Source: an uncultured Gammaproteobacteria bacterium (GTDB taxonomy: Bacteria; Pseudomonadota; Gammaproteobacteria; Pseudomonadales; Azotimanducaceae). From it: a stretch of 64,000 nucleotides of DNA. The position numbers and the translations under genes were made by a program. The stretch's first letter is position 1. Every line of letters starts with the position of its first letter. This document shows positions 18,484 to 28,166 of this stretch, one piece after another. A model generated the notes under the pieces. The model saw only the letters and a list, made by a program, of their open reading frames with translations, had not been told where the DNA came from and made no database searches. Location: assembly GCA_913043815.1 (NCBI GenBank), contig CAJWNY010000003.1:7194-71193 (forward strand), written 5' to 3'.

Positions 18484-19476
18484 TTACAGGTCAGCACAGG
18501 CCTGATAAGCCATATCGTAGCTTTTGCAGCGTGCTTCATGGTCGTGGATTTGTGAGACTACGATTAACTCGTCAGCGCCTGTTTTAGACAAAAATTCAGC
18601 GGTCTGGGCGCGTACTTGATCGAGGTCACCTACTGCTGCTGCGGAACTCACTTGTGTCATCAGAGACTTTTCCATTTCCGTTAAATTATTTTCAAAATCT
18701 TTTTCGGGTTTGGGTAGCGGTCCCGCTTTGCCTTGACGCAAATTTAAGAACGCTCGTAGGCCAGAGCTGCGCAGCAACATGGCTTCCTCTTCAGTATCTG
18801 CCGCACAAATATTGAATCCCAAAATTACGTGGGGTTTGCTCAGTTGGTCAGATGGTTCAAATTCTTGCCGATATAAAGCGATGGCACGCATCATCGCTTC
18901 AGGCGCGAAATGCGATGCAAATGCAAAGGGTAGGCCAAGAATAGCAGCCAGTTGGGCGCCGAATAGACTTGAGCCAAGAATATACATTGGAATATTACTG
19001 CCTTCACCGGGTACAGCGGTTACTCTTTGGCCTAGGCCATTTTGATCGCCGAGGTAGCCTTTGAGTTCGATTACATCTTGGGGGAACTGATTTGGATCGC
19101 TATTTAGGGTTCGGCGCAGCGCGTGAGCTGTGACCCCGTCCGTGCCGGGGGCTCTCCCAAGACCTAAGTCAATGCGTCCGGGGTGTAGGGCTTCCAGTGT
19201 TCCGAACTGTTCTGCCACCATCAACGGCGAGTGATTGGGTAGCATAATGCCGCCAGATCCTACGCGAATTTTCGACGTGCCTGCCGCAATGTGGCCGATA
19301 ACGACTGACGTGGCGGCGCTGGCTATCCCTCGCATATTATGGTGTTCGGCCACCCAATAACGGTGATAGCCCGCAGCCTCAGCATGTTGGGCTAGTGAGC
19401 GGCTATTGTTCAGGGCTTGGCGGGCATCGCCACCCTCTGCTATGGGTGATAAATCGAGAACAGATAAAACGGTCAT
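18484..19476 (-). CDS. LLM class flavin-dependent oxidoreductase (luciferase-like, group 1)
   Basis: [42 protein letters not shown]. Confidence 0.92.
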   Translation of the reverse strand: MTVLSVLDLSPIAEGGDARQALNNSRSLAQHAEAAGYHRYWVAEHHNMRGIASAATSVVIGHIAAGTSKIRVGSGGIMLPNHSPLMVAEQFGTLEALHPGRIDLGLGRAPGTDGVTAHALRRTLNSDPNQFPQDVIELKGYLGDQNGLGQRVTAVPGEGSNIPMYILGSSLFGAQLAAILGLPFAFASHFAPEAMMRAIALYRQEFEPSDQLSKPHVILGFNICAADTEEEAMLLRSSGLRAFLNLRQGKAGPLPKPEKDFENNLTEMEKSLMTQVSSAAAVGDLDQVRAQTAEFLSKTGADELIVVSQIHDHEARCKSYDMAYQACADL

Positions 19477-19853
19477 GGCACGACTGCATAATTTTAGATG
19501 ATTAATAGTAGTCATTCTCTCGGGCTGTGTAATCAGCAAATGAAGGAAATTTTGGCGTTTTAGGTCAAATTTGGAACGAATATTGCCGTCATCAAATGTG
19601 AGTTAATTAGCCAAAATCCTACCGCTGGTATATTGCCGTCGGTTAGGTGGAGGATGAAATTATTGGTGATTCATTGTGGCGGTTGAGTCGTGACTCGATG
19701 TGGCGCTTTAATGAGCTCTCTTTTTAGCTTTTCTCATGAGATTTACGGGCGTGAAAAATACCGCCAATGATATTTTGGCGTGTAAAATGAAGAGGACGAA
19801 AGTTGGTAGGACTGCTATGAGAAGGCGTGGCGTTGAATGTGAAAGGGTGATTT

Positions 19854-21677
19854 ATGCGAAATTCTTTGTTTTTTTCTTTGGCCGTAATAGGGCTGAGCCT
19901 GAGTGCTTGCCAAAGTCCGGTAACGTCGAATGATGATGCATCTTTGGCTCAAGACCCGGTAGAGTTTTTGCGCAATGTAGAAACTGAGTCACTGGCGTTG
20001 GACAAAGAAGTCGGTGCTGCCTACTGGGTGCGCTCTACCCACATCACTTCGGATACTGGGATATTGGCGGCCAAGGCCGGTGAGCGCCAGTTAGCTTTTC
20101 AGAGCAAAGTAATTGAACAGGCGCGAAAATTTAAAAATCGGCCTGTGGATGCGGAAACAGCCAGAGGTATAGAGCTGATTTTGCGAGGATCTTCTCTGCC
20201 GGCGCCAGATGACGTGCTCAAGCGAGCAGAACTTTCTCGGCTTGCGACAGATTTAGAGGGTATGTATGGCTCAGGCGAGTACTGTGACCTGCAGAGCGAT
20301 AGATGTTTAACTTTGCCTGAGTTAGAAAATATCCTCGCCAAATCTCGCGACTATGACGAGCAGTTGAATGCCTGGATGGGTTGGAGGTCTGTGTCGCCAC
20401 CGATGCGCCCGATGTACGAACGTTTTGTAGAACTGGCCAACGAAGGTGCTCGCGAAGTGGGTGCAAAAGACCTTGGCGATTTATGGAAGGGCGGCTACGA
20501 CATGGGTGTGGCAGAGTTCGAGCAGGAGACCGAACGTCTGTGGTCCCAGGTCGAACCATTATATGAAGAGTTGCACTGTCATGTTAGGGCGCAGCTCGGT
20601 AAAGAATATGGCGAAGATTTGGTGCCAAGTATCGGCCCTATCCCCGCACACCTTTTAGGAAATATGTGGTCACAATCTTGGGGCAATATTTATGATCTGT
20701 TAGAACCATACCCAGGCGTTGCCTCATTAGATGTTAATAAGGCGCTTGTTGACCAAGATTATGATGCGGTGCGTATGACTGAAACCGCCGAAGCGTTTTT
20801 TACATCATTAGGCTTGCCTGAACTGCCCGATAGTTTTTGGCAGAATTCTATGCTCACCAAGCCAGCAGACCGAGATGTTGTTTGTCACGCGAGCGCATGG
20901 GATTTAGATAATGGTAATGATCCGCGGATCAAACAGTGCGTAGAAGTTAATGAAGAGCAGTTGTCTACTTTGCACCATGAGTTGGGCCATATTTATTACT
21001 ACCTCATGTACAAAGAGCAGCGCCCGTTGTTTAAAGGCGGCGCCCACGATGGTTTTCACGAAGCCATTGGCGACACTATTGTTTTATCTATGACTCCAGC
21101 TTATCTAAAAGAAAAGGGGCTAGTGCCTGAAGTGAAACGAAGTGAACAGGCAACTATTAACGAGCAGATGAAGTTGGCATTAGACAAGATTGCTTTTTTA
21201 CCCTTTGGAAAGCTCATTGATCAATGGCGTTGGCAGGTATTCTCAGGCGAAATATCACCCGAAAATTATAATGCTGGCTGGTGGAAATTGCGTTCACGTT
21301 ACCAAGGCATTGCACCCGCTGTGCCCCGTTCAGAAGCAGATTTCGATCCCGGCGCTAAGTTTCATATTCCAGGCAATACACCCTATACCCGTTATTTCTT
21401 GTCTCATATAATTCAGTTTCAATTTCACCAAGCGCTGTGCAAGGCCGCCGGCGACACTGGTCCGTTGCATGACTGTTCTATTTATAACAATAAAGCCGCG
21501 GGTGAAAAACTAGGCCAGATGTTGAGCATGGGAGCGAGTAAGCCTTGGCCTGAAGCGATGTATGCTTTGACCGGGCAAAGAGCAATGGACGCTTCGCCCA
21601 TCATTGATTATTTCCAGCCGCTAATAGGTTGGCTGCAAGAGCAAAATAAAGAGCGGCAGTGTGGTTGGCAGCTCTAA
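19854..21677 (+). CDS. M2 family metallopeptidase (ACE-like peptidyl-dipeptidase), lipoprotein
   Basis: Lipobox LSAC, PAHLLGNMW, CHASAWD, HHELGH, GFHEAIGD, FDPGAKFH. Confidence 0.95.
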   Translation: MRNSLFFSLAVIGLSLSACQSPVTSNDDASLAQDPVEFLRNVETESLALDKEVGAAYWVRSTHITSDTGILAAKAGERQLAFQSKVIEQARKFKNRPVDAETARGIELILRGSSLPAPDDVLKRAELSRLATDLEGMYGSGEYCDLQSDRCLTLPELENILAKSRDYDEQLNAWMGWRSVSPPMRPMYERFVELANEGAREVGAKDLGDLWKGGYDMGVAEFEQETERLWSQVEPLYEELHCHVRAQLGKEYGEDLVPSIGPIPAHLLGNMWSQSWGNIYDLLEPYPGVASLDVNKALVDQDYDAVRMTETAEAFFTSLGLPELPDSFWQNSMLTKPADRDVVCHASAWDLDNGNDPRIKQCVEVNEEQLSTLHHELGHIYYYLMYKEQRPLFKGGAHDGFHEAIGDTIVLSMTPAYLKEKGLVPEVKRSEQATINEQMKLALDKIAFLPFGKLIDQWRWQVFSGEISPENYNAGWWKLRSRYQGIAPAVPRSEADFDPGAKFHIPGNTPYTRYFLSHIIQFQFHQALCKAAGDTGPLHDCSIYNNKAAGEKLGQMLSMGASKPWPEAMYALTGQRAMDASPIIDYFQPLIGWLQEQNKERQCGWQL

Positions 21678-21842
21678 ATTGGCTGGCATGTCTTTAAGCT
21701 ATTTGTCGATGCGGAATCGTTTTGTTTGCTAACAAGGATTTGCTGGCAAGTAACCAGAAGACGGGAGGTGGTTTTCAGATGAACTCTGTTTTACGCTGAG
21801 TATTTTGCGGGTAGGCCAAACCGTCTACGCACTGGATGAGAA

Positions 21843-23084
21843 TTAACGGGTCCAGCGGTTGGGAATCATGTCTTCCACTAACTGATTGATACTGAAAGCG
21901 TGAAGATCTTTTTCCTCGGCTACTGACATAGCAAACTTCGAAACGCTGTTCGACCGAGTATAAACCAGTACCTTCGGATATTTCTGTTTGATCCATAACG
22001 CGGTACGTAAATTGTCACGCTCATTACCTGTGCCCAATATCACCACAGTATTTTCTAAGCTGAGGTCAATTTTTCTGGAAACATTGCGCCAAACTTCTGG
22101 GTGGGAAATATCTCCAAGGAACACGGAGCGCTGATAGTCTTGGCCTAGTCTTTGTTGTTCCTCAACAACCTGGATGCGACGTTCGGCGTCTTGGTCAATC
22201 AGAGCTACGTGGGAGAGTTCTCGGCCAGCTGTTCTTTCTAACTGCTCCAAGACCGATTGGCCAAAGCGGCCAAAACCAGCAATCACGACATTGTCCCGAT
22301 TATGAGTGCGGCGGAAGTGCTCAACTAAGTTGTTGCGCACAAAACCCAGAGCTGCCAGGTTGTAAGTATTAAAGATGATGCAGTGACGCCCCAGAGACGT
22401 GCGTAACAAGCTGCGCATAAAACGTAGATTTTGGCAGTGTATAACCACTCGAAATTTCAAGTTGGGTGCAACGTCTAAAACGCGTGCCGCCGCCTCAAAT
22501 GCTTGGTAGTCATTGTCGCCTAACAGCAATACTCGGCGTGCTTTAGGCAAAGCGAGTTTCTTTAGAGAAAAGCCCAAAGTCATGTCACCCACAATAGTCA
22601 CCACGCCATAACGCTGCTGTAACTCTTGTTCTCGTATGGAGCTGAAATGATCATCTACAACAATGACTCGGTCATTAGGCGATTGTCTGCGCAGCATTCG
22701 TAGGTAACTGGTTGTCAGGTCTCCCGAACCAAAAATCACAATATGGTTTTCTAAGCTACGTAGAAGCCACTGTTGTGGATTAATGACTCGGATGACGGCT
22801 TCTATGACTGCAGACGCCGTAAGTAGGGGGGCGCCAAAATAAGTGACCCATAGTAGGCCTCTGGCCCATATAGGTCCGCCCGTAGGTATACCAAGGTCTA
22901 ATCCGCCTACGACGAATAATCCCAAAATGTAGTAGATCTGTACTGCAACGCCGTCGCTTGGGGTAAATGGTCGTTCACTCAGGGTTACTCCTGCAGCGAA
23001 ACTGCTTAGGCCAAGCACAAACAAGGAAGCCACAGCAATCCATCTCCAGCCTAAACCTTTGTTTGTTTTTGTCTCGAGAGCCAT
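21843..23084 (-). CDS. Ion-channel-like membrane protein with two RCK/TrkA-N domains
   Basis: TM, pore-like segment, TM, then HIVIFGSG and VVIAGFGRFG Rossmann motifs. Confidence 0.75.
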   Translation of the reverse strand: MALETKTNKGLGWRWIAVASLFVLGLSSFAAGVTLSERPFTPSDGVAVQIYYILGLFVVGGLDLGIPTGGPIWARGLLWVTYFGAPLLTASAVIEAVIRVINPQQWLLRSLENHIVIFGSGDLTTSYLRMLRRQSPNDRVIVVDDHFSSIREQELQQRYGVVTIVGDMTLGFSLKKLALPKARRVLLLGDNDYQAFEAAARVLDVAPNLKFRVVIHCQNLRFMRSLLRTSLGRHCIIFNTYNLAALGFVRNNLVEHFRRTHNRDNVVIAGFGRFGQSVLEQLERTAGRELSHVALIDQDAERRIQVVEEQQRLGQDYQRSVFLGDISHPEVWRNVSRKIDLSLENTVVILGTGNERDNLRTALWIKQKYPKVLVYTRSNSVSKFAMSVAEEKDLHAFSINQLVEDMIPNRWTR

Positions 23085-23140
23085 GTGCTCAGGCTAATCC
23101 AGTTGCTAGTATTAGAGCATTCTATTCCGGGGAGCAGACA

Positions 23141-23977
23141 ATGTCAGAGTTTTCGACAATTCAGTATGAAATAAATGACGCCGTTGCGCGCATTACTCTT
23201 GATCGCGAGGATATGCGCAATGCGCAAAACAAGAAAATGCTTTACGAACTCAATGATGCTTTCGATTTGGCCGCTCGAGATGACAACGTTAAAGTCATTG
23301 TGTTGGCCGCCAATGGGCCGCATTTTTCTTCTGGCCACGATTTGGCCGATAAAGAAAAAGTCACAGATTTTGATCAAGTAAGTAATTGGGGTGGGTATGC
23401 AAAGCCAGGCGCCGAGGGTCATCAAGCTCAAGAAGAAGAGATTTATCTGGGCCTATGTTGGCGCTGGCGTAATTTGCCTAAACCGACCATTGCTGAGGTT
23501 CATGGCAAGGTGATTGCCGGTGGTCTGATGTTGGTTTGGGTCTGTGATTTGATAATCGCTTCTGATGACGCGACGTTTTCCGATCCCGTTGTGGCTTTCG
23601 GTGTGAATGGTGTTGAGTACTTCGCCCACCCTTGGGAATTTGGGGTGCGTAAGGCGAAAGAGCTGTTATTCACGGGCGGGCGCATTTCAGCAACAGAGGC
23701 GAAATCTTGCGGTATGGTCAACCACGTGGTGCCTAGGGATGAGTTAACAGATTTTACTCACCAGATGGCTGCACGGATCGCTCAGCGGCCGAGCATGGGG
23801 CTGAGGCTAGCAAAACAGAGTGTGAACCAAGCCCAAGATGCACAAGGTCTGTGGACCGCACTCCAATCTGCCATGGGTTTACAGCAGTTGGGCCATGCGA
23901 ACAATCAGATAGTGCACGGGATGATTGTCGATCCCAGTGGCGCGGACATTATTCGTAGCGAAGCAAAAGAAAAGTAG
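23141..23977 (+). CDS. Enoyl-CoA hydratase (EchA13-like)
   Basis: RNAQN, FSSGHDL, PKPTIAEVHG, GVEYFAHPWE; GGGGAG RBS before ATG23141. Confidence 0.9.
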   Translation: MSEFSTIQYEINDAVARITLDREDMRNAQNKKMLYELNDAFDLAARDDNVKVIVLAANGPHFSSGHDLADKEKVTDFDQVSNWGGYAKPGAEGHQAQEEEIYLGLCWRWRNLPKPTIAEVHGKVIAGGLMLVWVCDLIIASDDATFSDPVVAFGVNGVEYFAHPWEFGVRKAKELLFTGGRISATEAKSCGMVNHVVPRDELTDFTHQMAARIAQRPSMGLRLAKQSVNQAQDAQGLWTALQSAMGLQQLGHANNQIVHGMIVDPSGADIIRSEAKEK

Positions 23978-23981
23978 GGCG

Positions 23982-24815
23982 TTAACGCCCAGTGAACTCG
24001 GGCTTACGCTTTTCAAGAAAAGCTTTTAGGCCCTCTTCAAAGTCTTCACTTTGGAATAAACCTTGGAGGTGCATCATCAGGTGGTCTACAGAGGTGTCAT
24101 AAGATTCCTCCATTCCCATGCGCATCATCCGTTTAGTGGTCTGTACCGCCACAGGTGCATTGTCGGCGATTTCTTGAGCCCAGGTCATAGCGGTATTCAT
24201 GAGTTCGTCGTGGGGCACCACGGCATTGACTAAACCAAGAGCCATACTTTCTTCTGCTCCTACCGTACGTCCGCGATAGTAAAGTTCCGCTGCTTTAGCC
24301 CAGCCGACAAGCTTAGGTAAAAGCCACGTGCCGCCGCTTTCTGGTACAACGTTACGCCTTGCTGTAATCGCTGCCATTTTGCCCCTGTCAGACATGATCC
24401 GCATGTCGCAGAGTAGGGTCATATCCATTCCGTAGCCCGCAGCCGCACCATTGATGGCGCAGACAATAGGCGTGTCGCAGTGCCACATGACGTTAATAGG
24501 TGCGTCGCGCAGATCAAATAATTTACGCGCTGGTCGATTGTTGTCCTGATCTCTTTCACCGTGCTTTGCTTCGTTATCACGCCGGTCATTGATGTCTATT
24601 AAGTCTAGACCCGAACAAAACCCGCGACCGCTGCCTGTCAAAATAATGCAGCGTATTTCTGGATCCTTGTCGGCTTCTACTACTTTACGCGATAGCTCAT
24701 CTAGCATGTCTCGACTGATGGCGTTAAACCGGTCAGGTCGATTCAGCGTTAAAACTAAGATATGTTGCTGCTGCTCAACTAAGAGTTGTTGTGTTGAAGA
24801 TGCTGATATGGCCAT
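23982..24815 (-). CDS. Enoyl-CoA hydratase/isomerase family protein
   Basis: LNRPDRFNA, FCSGLDL, AAGYGMD, VPESGG, EKRKPEFTGR. Confidence 0.92.
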   Translation of the reverse strand: MAISASSTQQLLVEQQQHILVLTLNRPDRFNAISRDMLDELSRKVVEADKDPEIRCIILTGSGRGFCSGLDLIDINDRRDNEAKHGERDQDNNRPARKLFDLRDAPINVMWHCDTPIVCAINGAAAGYGMDMTLLCDMRIMSDRGKMAAITARRNVVPESGGTWLLPKLVGWAKAAELYYRGRTVGAEESMALGLVNAVVPHDELMNTAMTWAQEIADNAPVAVQTTKRMMRMGMEESYDTSVDHLMMHLQGLFQSEDFEEGLKAFLEKRKPEFTGR

Positions 24816-24926
24816 TTTCTTATCTCCCTAAATAAGTGAATGAACATGTTAAGTGTCTTTTCATTGCGATAAAAGTACCGCAAAATATGCGCGCTGATTT
24901 AGTGCATCCTTCATAGGGGAATTGTT

Positions 24927-27854
24927 ATCCGGGTTTGTATTCTTGTTGGTCTTGTAATAGCTCAGTGGTTGAGCTTTGGGCAGGCTTTAGCCGCTTCTCC
25001 CCTTACTAACTATTCGCAAACTGCTGCAATTGGCGGTGTTGTTATTGGTAGCTTTGCTGATGAAGCCAATGCCCGCAGGGCGTACACGCTTGCATCCACT
25101 ACTCTGCCCAATCGTGGCGTGAATGCAGATCTAGAGATTATGCTTTCTGCCAACAACGGGCAGACTCTATTTAGAGTCGTTGCTCTGCCTAAAGCTGCGG
25201 CCTCCAGTCGAAAATTGTTGTCTACATTACGCAACAACGGTTATGCCAGCGCATGGCATATGAGCGATGTCTCCAACTCGACAAAAGTTAGCACCCAGCG
25301 GGTTGTGCTTGAGCTTCCCAAGACCGCCGCTCCTTACGAAGGCGCTCAACAAGCTCCAGCGGCGTCGGTGCCTACCGCAGTATCAGCTAATCCTTCAAAA
25401 GAATTTACTGGCAAATTGCCGGAATTGCGCAATACGAGTCCTGGAGAACAATCGGTTTATGGCACCGAGGCCGGTGTAGACTTAAACAGACTAGCAATGG
25501 CAACTTTTATTGATGCAGAAATTGGCGTAGAGATTGACGGCAAAATAGATGAAGGCGTTTGGCAGGATATCGCTTATTTCGACAACATGCGGGTGTCGAT
25601 TCCTGACATTGGCACACCTGGTAAATACGCTACAAAGATGCGCATGTTTGCTACAGAAAAAGGCATGTACATCAGTGCAGATATGGAGCAACCCCAAGAC
25701 ACGCTGGTGCGCCGCATGTCTAGACGAGATGATTTTATCGATCGTGATGTTTTTGGTGTGACGATAGATGTTTCAGGCGAAGCAAAAATTGGTTATTGGT
25801 TTTTCATCGCCCTTGGAGATAGCCAATCTGACGGTAAAGTTCTGCCAGAGCGGCGTTACCAAAGAGATTGGGATGGTCCGTGGGTCGGTAAATCAGCTGT
25901 TACCGATGACGGTTGGAGCATCGAAATGTTTTTGCCTTGGTCGATGATGAGTATGCCTGATACCGCTGGAGCGCGAGATATTGGATTTGCCGCGAGCAGG
26001 ATTATTTCCCATGCTAACGAGCGATATCAATGGCCAGGTTATGGGGTGACTAGTGCGCGCTTTGTTTCAGCCCTAAATAAAATCGAAGTGCAGGGTGTTC
26101 AGCCGCGTACGCAAATGGCGATGATTCCCTTTATCGCTGCAACTTCCGACCAAGTCTACAACAAATCTGATGTAAGAGTTGGTGCAGATCTATCTTGGAA
26201 GCCATCACCTAAGTTGGAGTTGTCAGCTACTGTTAATCCCGATTTTGGCGCAGTTGAAGCCGATGACGTGGTTTTGAATCTCACCGCCAGTGAAACGTTC
26301 TTCCCTGAGAAGCGATTGTTCTTCTTAGAAGGTAGCGAAATTTTTAATGTCATGCCAAGAGACGATTTTAGCGCATTGTACAGAATTGCGCTAAATGAAG
26401 ACTACGCCACAACGTCAAGACGGGTGTATTTGCAAGATTTTGTCCCCGTACCTATCTCGCTCCTTAATACACGTCGTATCGGTGGTACAGCCAATCAGGT
26501 TGGTGTTTCAAATGATCTAACGCTAGAGCGCGGCCAACGCGATGTACCAACAGATTTATTAGGAGCAGCGAAAGTAACTGGGACTAATGGGTCTTTTAGT
26601 TATGGCGCCTTAACTGCGGTAGAAGATGATGTGTCGTGGTTGGCGCGCGACAACGCGAATGAGACGGTAAAAATATCCGACGACGGCCGAGAGTTTGCGG
26701 TTGCGCGGCTAAGTTACCAACTTGCAGGTGAGGCGAAAAAGTCAGTGGGTTACATGGGTACATTTACCAGCGGCTCGTTATACGATGCCGAAATTCATAG
26801 CTTAGACGGTCACTATACTAGCAGTGACGGTCGCCTCATTGCTGATGGTCAAGTGATTACGAGTGATCGCGATGAAGTCAGTGGCTATGGCGCGATGTTT
26901 GATGTTCTCTACGCTAGCAAGCCAAACCTTAGGCACAAATTTGAATTGGATATCATGAATGATCAAATTAACTTTAATGACTTAGGTTTTTTACGTCGTA
27001 ATGACTACGTTAAGGGCCGTTATGTGATGCTTTATAACAAGCAAGATCTAACAGAAAATTTGACTAACTTTCGCTCGGCTTTTTCGGTGCAGCAACAATA
27101 TAACCTAGAAAAAGGACAGGTAACGGATAGTGCCGTTCTTTGGCGCACGTCGTTTGTTTTGCCCGGTCGTAATACTCTCAGAACTGGTATCGGCTTTTTG
27201 CCCGAACGCTATGAAGACATAGATAGTAGAGGCAATGGCGCGTATCGAGTCGATGCCGGCGGTTGGTTTGAGATGCTGGTTGCAACCGACGCTAACAAGA
27301 CCTTTAGTTATTCCGCTGGTATAACTGCGAAGCAGGAACATTTAGGGGATGTAACCTACGGAGCATCTGCGGGAGTGACTATTCGTCCATTAGATGTGAT
27401 GAGTATCGACTTCGATTTACGTTATAAAAAACGTAACGATTGGATGATCTATCAAACGGACCGCGACTTTGCGAGTTTTGATGCCGACGAATGGCAGCCT
27501 AGCTTTGACGTGAATTGGTTTATTGCTCCTGGTCATCAATTGAGGTGGAACATGCAGTGGGCTGGGGTGCGTGCTGAGGATACTGGTTTTTACACTATCC
27601 CAGAGGGTGACGGGGATCTGCGGCCTGGCTTGAGAATTCAGAGTGATTACGGCTTTAATTTGGGGGTTTTTACGACTCAGTTGAGATACCGTTGGGAGAT
27701 AGCGCCGCTGACAGATTTTTATTTGGTTTACAATAGAGGTAACGCTCTGCGCACAGGAGACGATGCAGATGTGTCAGAATTATTTTCTGATAGTATTCAA
27801 GATCCTGTCATAGATTCAGTGGTAGCTAAATTACGCTATCGGTTTGGTAATTAG
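24927..27854 (+). CDS. SPOR + CBM9/DOMON-like + DUF5916 outer-membrane protein
   Basis: IGSFADEANA SPOR-like domain, IDGKIDE.VW, TVNPDFGAVEAD, FFPEKR.FFLEG, C-terminal LRYRFGN. The frame is open upstream of TTG24969 and a full signal peptide needs a start near ATC24927. Confidence 0.82.
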   Translation: MRVCILVGLVIAQWLSFGQALAASPLTNYSQTAAIGGVVIGSFADEANARRAYTLASTTLPNRGVNADLEIMLSANNGQTLFRVVALPKAAASSRKLLSTLRNNGYASAWHMSDVSNSTKVSTQRVVLELPKTAAPYEGAQQAPAASVPTAVSANPSKEFTGKLPELRNTSPGEQSVYGTEAGVDLNRLAMATFIDAEIGVEIDGKIDEGVWQDIAYFDNMRVSIPDIGTPGKYATKMRMFATEKGMYISADMEQPQDTLVRRMSRRDDFIDRDVFGVTIDVSGEAKIGYWFFIALGDSQSDGKVLPERRYQRDWDGPWVGKSAVTDDGWSIEMFLPWSMMSMPDTAGARDIGFAASRIISHANERYQWPGYGVTSARFVSALNKIEVQGVQPRTQMAMIPFIAATSDQVYNKSDVRVGADLSWKPSPKLELSATVNPDFGAVEADDVVLNLTASETFFPEKRLFFLEGSEIFNVMPRDDFSALYRIALNEDYATTSRRVYLQDFVPVPISLLNTRRIGGTANQVGVSNDLTLERGQRDVPTDLLGAAKVTGTNGSFSYGALTAVEDDVSWLARDNANETVKISDDGREFAVARLSYQLAGEAKKSVGYMGTFTSGSLYDAEIHSLDGHYTSSDGRLIADGQVITSDRDEVSGYGAMFDVLYASKPNLRHKFELDIMNDQINFNDLGFLRRNDYVKGRYVMLYNKQDLTENLTNFRSAFSVQQQYNLEKGQVTDSAVLWRTSFVLPGRNTLRTGIGFLPERYEDIDSRGNGAYRVDAGGWFEMLVATDANKTFSYSAGITAKQEHLGDVTYGASAGVTIRPLDVMSIDFDLRYKKRNDWMIYQTDRDFASFDADEWQPSFDVNWFIAPGHQLRWNMQWAGVRAEDTGFYTIPEGDGDLRPGLRIQSDYGFNLGVFTTQLRYRWEIAPLTDFYLVYNRGNALRTGDDADVSELFSDSIQDPVIDSVVAKLRYRFGN

Positions 27855-28166
27855 CAGGCTAACGAAATAGCTGATTTTTCCTTGAGGCGACAGCGATCAT
27901 CATTTTGTGGAAATTAATTTGTCGGACGTTTGAATAGCGCAGTTTAGGCGCTAAGAAAAAAGTTCGAGTTATTTTTTTGGATGGTCTTTTTGGTTTTAAA
28001 AAGCACTCAGTCAACAGAATTGAAGAAGAGTAATAAAAGTAGAAGAACCAGTGCTGGGGCTGCTGATAAAAATTGTAAATCTCAGTGCCAGATTGAAAGG
28101 TTTTATATTGGCACGATTTTTTTGAATAAAATTTTCTGTGTCTTAAATTATGGGAGAGAGAAGTTG

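Noticed and set aside
19854-21677. ACE-like peptidase as a eukaryote-derived novelty
   Set aside because: Bacterial M2 peptidases are already well known in Proteobacteria.
28108-28126. TTGGCACG, a possible sigma54 promoter
   Set aside because: The required TTGC at -12 is absent (a T run instead).
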